Source: Candidatus Omnitrophota bacterium
GTDB taxonomy: Bacteria; Omnitrophota; Gorgyraeia; Zapsychrales; Zapsychraceae
NCBI GenBank assembly: GCA_021108075.1
Contig: JAIORP010000120.1
Location: forward strand, 21,557-85,556
Direction: 5' to 3'
DNA length: 64,000 nt
Part shown: in pieces, positions 15,001 through 27,000 of the stretch
Numbering within the stretch: position 1 is the first letter of the stretch
Layout: each line of letters opens with the position of its first letter
Program-made: the position numbers and the translations under genes
Notes under the pieces: model-generated
Database searches by the model: none
What the model was told of the DNA's origin: nothing
Seen by the model: only the letters and a program-made list of their open reading frames with translations

Positions 15001-18000
15001 GGCGCGCGACGTGTTCGCCCAGATCGCCCTTGTCAATGATCGTTATTACGGAACAATGCTCAGATGCTGCGTTGAGGGTGTGATCAGCAATTATTATTAC
15101 AAGGACTCGATGACAGGTCATCTGAGACATTTCCGTGTTGAGACATTAGGGCGTTATATCAAATTACGAACAGATCAATTGTGTGAGTTTGATATTTATC
15201 AGTATTTGAGGGGAAAGTCCTTTCATCACATTCCTGTCCGCCCGGATGAAAGCGACAACCGGATGACATCGATTATTTCACGGCAAGTTGTTAAGAATGG
15301 ATATTTCAAGTTTTTTGATATTCAGCCGGTTTATGTGGGAACTGTCTACAATGATCAGCATTTTAAACTATCATTCCAGCGGAATGAAAAGGGCCAAGTC
15401 GTTGTGGGCTATGGATTGCCGCATACCGATTTTCTGGGTTATATCGATCAAGAACTGAACCATCATCCGTATTTAATTTGTCCGTTATCAGAACACCGCA
15501 AAGCCCTGCTTCATTTGATAAAGAATCTTCCGTTGGAAGAAAGGACGTTCCTCATTAGAGAAGTGGAGAAATATCGTATTTATGATGAGAAAGATCAGAA
15601 CTTCTACCCTATTCTTGATATCGCGTTGACCAATGGCTACGCGCATTATTACGACCTTGATATGATGGGCGGACATGATCTTGATATTGCTCCAACAGAC
15701 GTGTTCTCGAGAATAGAAGGCACGTATCAAATGACAAATGGAAGTGTGGCCAGGAAGTTCCTGAAATATATAGAACGGGGTGAAAATAAAACATTAAGAG
15801 AACGATTTTATGCGCGTTTAAAACGCGTCTTAATGACGAGCTTATTAGATGTGATTTTAAAGAATTTATCCAACGGTTCAGTCGTTGATAAAATGGCCTT
15901 ATTGCGGATCTACCATCAGCTCATCGACGAATGGATGCGGCGCAACGATGTTCGTGGTCAAAAACTAGAAGTTGCGATCCTGAAAATGCAGCATCCATAT
16001 TTCTCTGTGACCGAGATAGCGCAGGTCTTTAATTTTTCAGAAGAGGAGATTGAAAAGAAAATAAAATTAGCAAACCGGCAAATTTGGTACACATCCCGCA
16101 AGCTGGGCCGTTGGGATCAACTGCTTCCTCTATTGCTTCAAGACGGTTCATTGGTCATGACAGCTATCAGCGGTCAGGTCTTAGAACTGAGCAGAAGTTT
16201 ATCCATTTTTGTCAAAGAGCTTTCTATCCAAGGCCTGCATCAATTGCCGCCGGAACAACGTGAAAGGATTATCGCCGATAAACTGCTGAATAATAAAAAT
16301 TATGAGGATCTTGATGGAGATATTTATTCAGCAGATGATTACCGTGAATTCTTTGAAGGTAAAATTGAAGCCAAACAACGCGGGGCACTGATGGTTTTCT
16401 TCGAATGGTTCAAAAGTATTCTGACAGAAGGTTTCATGCAGAAATTAGACTCAGGGTTTAACCGTTTATCCGGGTCAGCCCAGGAGTATTACCGTGAACA
16501 TGGGGAACGCTTAAAGAGTATAGAACAGCGTTATGGATTAACACTCCCTGTCGCGCGGGAGCACTTAAGCGATATTATCCGTCGATATGAACAAAGACGC
16601 AATGCGTCTGATGTCGTTGAAGACGATGTCTTCAGACGCGACAGTGCGGCCGCGGTTAAGACTAAGGGTCCGAATATCGGTTATTACGGAAACATGCAGG
16701 GTGTTGATCAATGTCAAATCAATAGGATCGCCGATAATCCCAGATTCGTAAAAACAGTCGAGCAGCATTTAAATCTTATCCCATTTTACCGGGAGGGTGA
16801 CGTTCCTGTTCAGGTCAAGGTGTTCAAGAAGCAGCCGGACAACACACCGCCGGAAGGATTTATCTGGGCCCGGTTTGAAATGGTCGAAGACCGAAAGACC
16901 CTGGTTATTTGTTTTTCGTCTGAAAACCTCCTGAAAATATTCCTTCGAGAGTTTAGTCTTTTTGAACGTACTCCGGCATACAGTGTTATTGCTCTGCATG
17001 AGTTGATCGAATTCCAGGACGGTCATACAATTGCGGATCGGACGGCACGAAAAAGTTATCCGCGATACGATAAACGCATTAAGTCACTGTTTAAGAAAGA
17101 ACCGTTCATCACCAGCGCTAACAAAGGTCATCGTTCGATGGCAGGGAAGCAGTTGCTAGAGCTTGATATCCACGCGCGGATCCATGAAGATTTCTTGGCC
17201 GCAGACCGGGATCAAAATCAAGGAGGGGCTGAAAGAAAAGTTTCTTGGTATTATGAAAAAGGGCCCCATTATCTAAAAGGATCAAGATTACCGCCACAGA
17301 AAGATTTAATTCGGTTAGGCGTACTGCTTGAGAAAGAATTGAGCGATGTTAAAGACCTTTTACAGCGGGTACAGGAATCTGTCACCGTGTTCGGTGGAAA
17401 TATTTCTGATGAAGAGTGGCAGAAGTTTGGGTATTTATTTGGCCAGAAGTTATTTGAAGTCCAGCTTGTTCCTCTGACAGGGGGCGGACCTGGAATGATG
17501 ATGATTATTTTGAAGGGGTATATCGACGCGCGTGGAACAAATCTCTATTGGTTCTTGAAACGGTTATTATCCCGTGCCGTTCTTGCGTTCCTTCCGCATA
17601 TGCCGAAGTTCCTAATGAAATGGATAAGCTCAGGTTTGACGCAAGGGTTTAAACTCTATATAAAAGGTCAGGACCTCAACCGGTATGTTGAAGTGTACCG
17701 TTATTTCACTCATTTTATCCCGCGTAAGGCGTCTTTGATCCGCAATTCGATTGTTGTTGTTTTATATGGTGGTTTTGGTACCACGGATGAGATGTTTGAG
17801 GTCTTACGAACCGGACGAAAGTTTATTTTAGCAGATTTCTGGCGTCCGATTATCAACCGCTACCGCCATGTCTTGGCACAAAAGAATTGGGTGGAAGAGC
17901 GCTTGGAAAACATCAGATATATTCCGGATATAGAAAAAGATATCGACGGGGCTATTCAGACAGCTATTAATTGGGTGAAAGAAGATATCAAGAATCCTGT

Positions 18001-21000
18001 TGAAAAGAAAGAAGAACTCAAGTCAACGGTCGCCGCTTTAGACGGCACGATTCATGAGCTTAAGAGTGTCATGCCCATCCTGCAGCAATGGGATCCCGCC
18101 TTGGTCGTCATGGGCAGCAGCCGGTTAGACCCCTACCGGCGCAAAGATCAACGCGACTTGTCTATTGCCAGATACACCGGGCGAATGGCGGCACGGCATG
18201 ATCTGCCGATACGTGTTGTCGGTAAAGGTTCGATCGCCAATGCGGTTATTCAGGGTATCGATGATGAAATTAAAGACAGGGATAAACGCGAACAATATAA
18301 ACAACGACGGTTGCAGGGCATATTTTCCTCAGAAGAAGTAAATATCATTCATATCCAGCAACATTTTAATAGCCGCCATGTCATCTCGACCCAAGATCCT
18401 TATATCCAGAAATTGGTATTGACTGAAAATGTGATGGGCTTTGTTGTTTTACCCGGGCGATTGGGAACACTTGATATCATCAGTGATGATGCCGTTGTTC
18501 AGCAGGTTTATTATTTGGAAAATAAAGAAATGATGTTTAAGCCGATCGTCTTTGTCAACCGCTCATTCTGGAAAACGTTCTGGAGTTTTTGGTTAACACG
18601 GGTGCAGCCGTATATTATGCCGGGAGCGGAAAAGATTTTCTATTATGTTGATACAAAGCGGGAAATCTATCAGGTATTAGAAGAGATCGTTGAAGCCTAT
18701 CGAGGTGCCCGGCGTATTAAGGGTTGGGATTATGACGCCCCGTCTCAGGAAGAAAAGAAGAGCATGACTTCGGATGACCATATTTTGATTTGGCCCGTTA
18801 ACGATTGGCGGGGAGATGAACAAAAATCAACGCTGTCCCACGACCTCCGCGTCAAAGCCGGACAACAGGCGGCGGCAGGCAAGAGACCGGCTGTCAGCCT
18901 TGATAACTCGATGGCAAATTTTAATGCCTTAGAAAAATACCGTTATATTAATTTTTATCATTTTTATTCTGAAATTATTATTCAAATGGGCCAGGGACTT
19001 CTGCGGCTGGGTGTGGACCGTCAACTTATTCATAAAATCTTCTTAGACCGGGCTCCGCATCAATTTGGGCAAGATGTTGGACAAGCGGCTAAATCGGTTA
19101 ATAGTGTCCTGATGGAAACGGCAGAGTATATTTTACACGCCCAGGAGTTGTTATCCGATATCAACATTAAAGATAAATGTGCGCAGGAAAGAATTGTTAG
19201 CGATTTGGTGATTAAGTCCATTGTTCAGCAGGGTGGTCAATTTAAGTTTGATATTGAATGGTTTAAGACACAGATGCATTTGGCCGTATCAGCTGGCATG
19301 TTTAGACAATTGATTGTTCAGGAGATTTTCTTCCAACGACAAAATAAAACGATCCAGGTGATACCAGAGGAAGCCTGGAATAAGATCGCCTTCGCGGTCC
19401 AGAAATTGTTAGAAGAACACAGAGAGGTAAACGGAATTGATACCATTGAGAATATGTGGGCATTATTTGTTTTAGATCTTGAACTTCAGAGGGAAATACG
19501 CATGGATAATAAGATCAGACTCCTTTTAAAGAATATTTTCAGACGTTATTCAAGGCCGTCGAAAGACATGGGCATGGGCGCACATGGCAATATTTATGAA
19601 AACGATGTTCCATTGCTCGAACAGCTCATCCGTGAAGAGAAATATCATGCGATCATGGAATTTGACGGTGTCGTTGAAGTGAAAGGCGTGCGGATTAAAT
19701 GGCGGGAATTAAAAGAATATATCAACGGTGAAAAGAAAGAGTTCATCTACGCCCGTTGGGCTGATCCAACAAAACAGACACTGGAAATTTACTTCTCATC
19801 ACATTCAGCTGTTAAGATTTTTGATAAGTTTATCGCGCATTCATTTGTCCCAGGATACATGCACGGACATTCATTAGAACAGCGGTTACAATTATTGGCT
19901 TTACATGAGATTTTGGAAAAGCGCTTTATCGCGGATGGGTATGCGCCGTGGGTAGCCCATATTCTGGCGGAGGAACGCATTGTCCAGCAACGCGATATCC
20001 GCGTTCATCATAATTATCAAGAGCATGTCTCTGAACGCGGGCATCATTTAGCGTCGGCACTACTTTTAAACGATAAATGTCAAGGACAAGATTTGGTCGG
20101 CCATGAAAACCGACGGAAGCAATTTATTCAAGCTGTTCATGGTGGTCCCTATACAATTTTTCCGTATTATGATGATCAGGAGCAGATGGTCCTGTTTACA
20201 TTTTTCTCCGGGGGGATTTTGTTGCCGGGAAAAATTAAGTCTCAGTCGAAAGAAAAAGACTTTGAGCCATTCCGGACCATAAAAGGCGATAAGGGTACAG
20301 GGTTTGGCATGATTATCAGTAAAAGGATTATTGAAAAACATGGCGGCGCTATTTCTGTTCAAAGCAAATTTGGTGAGGGCACAACAATGTTTGTGAAATT
20401 GCCGATAAGGGCAACTGAGCCTAGGCTGGAAGTTGTAACTGTTAATAATCCTGACGGTGCATTTACCGGGATGAGTACAAAAAATTCGGATGCGAAATTG
20501 GCGGAGCACAAGGAGGATGAAGGGATTAAGATGAAGGTTACGGAGTTTAAAGAGAATGAAACAGCGAGGACATGGGTGAGCGAGAAAAGAAAAGAAGCTT
20601 CAGCCACAGCGCCGCTTTTGCCGGATAATATTGAGACGGTTGTCGTAGAGAACCGGGAAGTGAGTTACGGGTTAAAATATGTTGAAAGAGATGACGACGG
20701 TAAAGCGAGGGTGTATGTAGAACGCCCGTGGCTGGATCGGGTGGATAAATTGCGGAAGATGTATGGAGACAAGTTGGCTGAGCCTATCCTTATTTGCGCT
20801 TTTGTCCATGAATTTACAGGGAAGAGCCATGAGAATAATGTAAGGGCAGAGGGTGTTTATCTGGAGGAATATTTTGCGGACAAAGATTTTAGCAATTTTA
20901 TACCGGCTATTATTAATAGTTTAGAAAATTTGCGAGAACAAGAGATCCTGGAGCCGATAAGTAAAAAGCCTAATATTGTTCAGGACAGTACGGTTTCAGG

Positions 21001-24000
21001 CCTGGAGAGTAAGGTTCCGGCGGATTCTGGAGATGTTTCAGGCTCGCCGGAGAGAACGTATAAGTTGCGCGGCAAAGATGGGCTGCTTGCATGGACAGGA
21101 ATAATAACGCAGAGCATAAAACAGAAAGCTGGACAAAAGGATTCATCGGATGGATTTTATAGGGGATTTACAACAGAGCAGGTAGAGGTATTATCCACAC
21201 AGGGGTGTTATTTTGTTGTCTTAAAAAATAGCCCCGCGCATAAGCGGTTAAAGGATTTGTTCAGGAACAGGTATAGTGAGGAGGAGAGAGGGAGAAATGA
21301 GGTGATTATTACAGTGCCGGGGGCTCTTGTGGTTTTCTCGTTACATATCGGGATGCCGAGGGAAGATTTACAGCGAATGTTTCAGGAGAAATGCCGAATA
21401 GAACGGACGCTTTCAGGGCATGTAGATTTATTAGCAGAATTTTTTAGCACGCCGGAGAGGCGGCGTATTTATAAAGAATTCCTGGGAGAAAGTCATTATG
21501 AAGACCCTGACAATCCGGGGACAGGTATAAAAGAAGAAATTGCTTTAAGAAAATTAATAACAGGGATTATTACAGAAATAAAATTTTCTGAAGCGGTTGT
21601 TTCAGGGAAGGATACTCTTAACGGAAACGCGAGAAGGATTCCGCAGAGTTTTATCAAAGATCTGATGCAATTTTTAATAGAAAATTTTTCAGGAAAAGAT
21701 ATTGTTTCAGAGTCGACAGCGGATCAAATTAAAGGAATATATGAACGTCATGAAATTATCAGTGAGAACGGGACAAAGAAGAGATATCGCGTATTAAGAA
21801 AAAATGTTCCGCAGGTTAGAACAATGTGGGGTGTTGTTGTGTCAGATAAAGATATTTCCCCCTGGGAAACTGTTGATATTGAAGTGAATTTTGAGATTGG
21901 GAGGGATTTAAACAAGGAAGAAATAGAGCGTCTTTTAAGAAGCAGGACAATAGATGTGAGGGTAAAGGTGAAGAGTTACCGGGATGCAAACGGAGATAGA
22001 CACAATACAGAAAAAGAGGAATCTTCAACGCTGAATTACGCGGTAAGGTATGAGGATATCGAAGTAATAGAGATGTTTTATGACGAAGGGGCGACTATGT
22101 GGCGTGGCGCAGTTGAGGAATACAATAATCAACGCGCGCGGAAGGTTCGTTTTAGAATGAAGGTGCGTTTCGCCCCTGTTCCGGGTACGTACACTGTGGA
22201 GGTGTATGTAATACAAAAACAGGGAATAGTCATTGTGGATGATATAGAGGAATACAGGAAAGGGATTGTTAACATAGCGGAGCCCGGGATGTTCACAGAA
22301 GAATTTTTTAGAAAGAGGTTTCCATCGAATTATAGAAAATACATCGGGACACCTGAAAAACAAAAATGGGAGTATAAAAAAGAATTAGTGAAAGAAGTAA
22401 TCCTCTCGTTGTTTGGCAGATATATTAAAGAATGTACAGAAGCAAGGAATAGATACAGAAGATGCAACGCGCTCGCGAAATTAATATATCTGCAAAAGAA
22501 ATATAATACGGCAACAGAGTTATTAGATGGCATTGTTACCCATGAGGATCAGAGGGTGAGGCTTGCAATCGCGGAGGATATGGAATGGTTGCCTGCTAAT
22601 GACGCGTTGGTATATCTTAAGAGGCTCATCAAAGACAAAGATAAGAACGTGAGGGAAGTTGCCCTTGATATAGAGGAGGACATTAGTGATGAAAGGAGTA
22701 ATTTTTATTTCTGGCACTGGATGAGAAATTATTTCATGCCGATGGGCGGGTTTTTAAACAGGACAATAAAGAAAATCAGTAAACAATGTATAGTTGAGGT
22801 TAATGAATTTATAAAACGGAGATTAAAGGATAGCAACCTTGATTTGGAGATGGATACTAAGGAGATATTTACAGAAAGATCAGTAAAGGAATCCTCAGAA
22901 GTTATTCTTAATAAGATAAAGCTTATTTTAGCCGAAGCACAGAGGGGGATTACAGATAAAGATGAGATTGAGCACATGGAGAATATCTGTTTTAAACTGG
23001 AAGGATTTATAAAAGTTTTGGATTCTTTCAATAAAGTGGAAGACCTGATAAGAATAGGAAAAAGGAGGGACGAGAGTATAGAACAGGCATTAACAGAAAA
23101 GGCAGAGTTAATTAAACAGGAGTTTTCTTGTATGGAAAGATTCATGAAGATGTTGCGGCAGGAAGGCGCGATTGTAGCAACATATTTGGAAATTATTAAA
23201 GAAAAACATATTATTATAACAGGAATGATCGATTCGATATTAAACCTTGGCAAAAAACAGGCAGTGCGTACAGAGACGATAAAAGATATTGTTATTAGTT
23301 TACAGTATGTGGAGAATTTAATGAAATTGGAAAGGTTAAAGAAGGCTAAGAAATTAGAGGCGTCGGGAGAATCAGAAAAGGCAGAAAAGTTAAAGAAAAC
23401 CAGCCTTAAGATAACATTTAGCTTTGGTAAAGGCGTGAACCTTAATACGGCAGTAAAGGTAGAAAAGACATTTGTAAGGCTTCTTGGTGAAATGGTTAAG
23501 AATTCAGAAGAGCATGGAGGAGAAAAGGTAACTATTACTTTTGTCCCTAACAAAGACAAGGTTACGATTCTTTATATAGACGATGGAGAAGGACTGGATG
23601 TTAATACAGGAGCAGAGAATATCTTCCTGCCATTATTTAGCGCAAAGGCCAAGATTATTTTAGACAAAGAAAAATGTGATCCAAAAAAGGAAAAATTAAA
23701 TGCAGATATTGTAAACAAAGTATACCTTTTGAGAAAGGGTGTTGAAATCATTGGCGGGCAGGTGGATATTGTCGAGCCAAATGGAAAAGGTTTTCAGTTA
23801 AGGATTACCGGTTTGCCGATTGAGTATGATCCGGAAAGATTTTATGACATCGGCGATATGTATGAATACCTGAAGAAAGAATTTGAAACGGCATTATCGC
23901 GGTTAGAGGATGTTGATGAAGATTTACTGGATACAGGGGATGTTCAGCATCTTGGAATGTTATTAATTCATTCCCTTGAAGAATATCGTGATGCTGTTAT

Positions 24001-27000
24001 TAAGGGAAGAATGAGATTTATTTTATCAAGCGCGGAAGAAGTAAAAAAGCAGTTAAACATATTGTCCGAAGAATTAGTAACTCTCCAGCATTCGGATAGT
24101 TACCTGGATGACCCTGATGTCAGGGGTCAAATAGATCCGGTTTTAATAACATTTGATAGGATTTTACGTCAGATAAAGTTAACGTCATTATCGTTAAGCC
24201 ATTCAATGAAAGATGTCTCAATAGGAGAATTTATGCAGAATATGATCAACCGGTTTAACGATGAAGTACAGGATGTAAATGTTAATCTTGAAATAGATGA
24301 GAGGATATTGAATGAGACGATTTTTACATTTTATGACCATCTTGAGGCAGGACTGACGAAACTGCTCTGGTATGCTGCTGCCTTTGAGAAGCCCGAAGGC
24401 TGTGAGATACAGATGAATGTGCGGCTGAATAAAGAGATGGCGGGGATAGCAAAGGCAGAGCAGGATGCTGAAATGCCGGTTATTTTTGTAGGGGGGCTTG
24501 GAGGTTCCAAACGAAATGAGGCAATACGGTTACTGTCGGGATTAGGGATATTCCTTGAGGTAGAGGTATTTGTAAAAGGCATGAGCCTTCCTGGGGAGAT
24601 AGTCAAAAAGGTAAGAGATGCACGCTGTCCGATGATAGACGCGAAGCATATTGAACATACATGGTTTGGCCTCTGGTGTCTGGATAATCAGTTAAAGGGT
24701 GTAGGGGGGCATTTACAGGTTGTATCCGAAGATTCCGGAACAAAATTTGTATTGTATGTGCCTGTTAATACCACGCCGGAGCTTGTTAAGAAAAAAGAAC
24801 TGGAGGGAGGGCGTTCCATTAATATGGGATTTTTCTCAAAGGTGCTTGCGTATTTTTGCCGGCAGGAAGGGATAGATTCTGATGACAACGATGCCCTTGT
24901 TAAATTATTGCGGGAACTTTATGTGGAAGGATTAAATAAATTTAGAGAAGAACCACTGCCTTTCTGGCGAGAATCCAGTACAGAGCCACAAAAAATTTCC
25001 GGTGAAAATATAAGAGATCAAATTAAAGATGCGATGATGGCTCTGGAAGATTATAAATTGATGGAGAAAATCACAAAGAACCCTGCTGTTCAAAAAGAAT
25101 ATCAACGGATAAATCAGGAAGTAATAAAATATAATAAAGCATTGGGATTTAAAAATGTTGTTTTAAAAGTTAGGGATTTGAGAAATACAGGGCAGCAGGA
25201 CAGGCATGGCCTGGAGGTATATGTTCGCCTTGACGGCAGTTTGCAGATACGTTCAGCCTGGCTGGGACGGCATCCTTCGGCTGTTGGAGAGCAGGATTAT
25301 GCAACAGGTGTAAAGAAAAATGGTATTGCAGTCGACGATGAAGTAAACCGGAAAGAAATTATAAGCATCGACACAGATAAACTTAATCCTCTCGCAATAT
25401 ATTTGACAATACAAACGGAACTTGTCAGAAGAGGATTTTTTTGCCGCAATGAATTTGTAGAGGCTTTGGGTAAGTTTAAAGAGAACGGATTTATTCATGA
25501 AGGGTTGTATCGAAGGTTGCTGCATGTGGTTAGAGGGAAGGTGGAAAAGGTTGAACAGGGTAGGCAGGAGGAAGATCAGTTAATTTCGGATTATTCAAAA
25601 ATCGACCCTGCCATTAATTGGGTAAATCCTGAAGGTGTGCCGGAAGGATTGGAGGGGGCAGAGGAAGGGGCATATTCAGGAGATACTTTTGATACGAGGT
25701 TGAGTGGCGAGGAGATAAGAAACGGTAGCTTTTATTTGAGGGGAGCGCTCGGGGCAGCGTTTGCAAGGGCAGTGGCGCAAAGGGCATTGGCGCAGGCAGG
25801 GGATGGAGCTGTGGAAGAAGTGGAAGGAAAGATAAGGAACAAATTTGTCGGCTATATTATTAAGAAAAATAATAAAGGTGAATTAGTAAGCATTCTCACC
25901 GCCTACCACAGAAACAGCGATACAATCCTCATCAGCAAAGCACTCCCAGCAATAATTGAAGCACTTAATAAACATCCTGAAATAGGGCGTAAAAATGGAA
26001 AACTCGGCGCGGGAGATATCCTCGCACAGGATCTTTGTGACCACGAATTGTGGCATAGAGGGGAAGGCAGGTCAGGAGCTAAAGCAGAAAATGAAAGAGA
26101 GGCAATAGATATCCTTCGCCTCCATGTTCTGGCAAGAGAGAACGGTATCGACATTAACACCTTTGCAGATGTCCTGGTTGAGATGAACGTTATTACGCCG
26201 GAGTTTGCAGGATTGTTGAAGAAGCCGGATGTAACTAAAGGGGTGCCGGAAGGATTGGAGGGGGCAGAGGAAGGGGCATATTCAGGAGATACTTTTGATA
26301 CGAGGTTGAGTGGCGAGGAGATAAGAAACGGTAGCTTTTATTTGAGGGGAGCGCTCGGGGCAGCGTTTGCAAGGGCAGTGGCGCAAAGGGCATTGGCGCA
26401 GGCAGGGGATGGAGCTGTGGAAGAAGTGGAAGGAAAGATAAGGAACAAATTTGTCGGCTATATTATTAAGAAAAATAATAAAGGTGAATTAGTAAGCATT
26501 CTCACCGCCTACCACAGAAACAGCGATACAATCCTTATCAGCAAAGCACTCCCAGCAATAATTGAAGCACTTAATAAACATTCTGAAATAGGGCGTAAAA
26601 ATGGAAAACTCGGCGCGGGAGATATCCTCGCACGGGGTCTTTGTGAACGCGAATTGTGGCATAGAGGGGAAGGCATGTCAGGAGCTAAAGCAGAAAATGA
26701 AGTGGTAGAACGGAAAGGGCAAATAATAACAAGTCTGAAGATAAAAGGTAAGAGGCGACCTGTTAAATATAGATTGTACTGGAGAAAAGGCAAATTAATC
26801 TGTTCATCATTGGAAGATATTTCTCCTGAAAAAGCAAGAGAATTGGGGGTAGATAAGGTTAGTCAATTTAAAACTGATGTTAATGGGGTATTATGTGTTT
26901 TAGAAGAAAAAATATTTTTAACAAAGAAGTACAAAAACAGGGAAGGGTATGCGGAGGTTAATGAGGCTGGTGTAGTTTCGAAAATAATATTAATGAAAAC

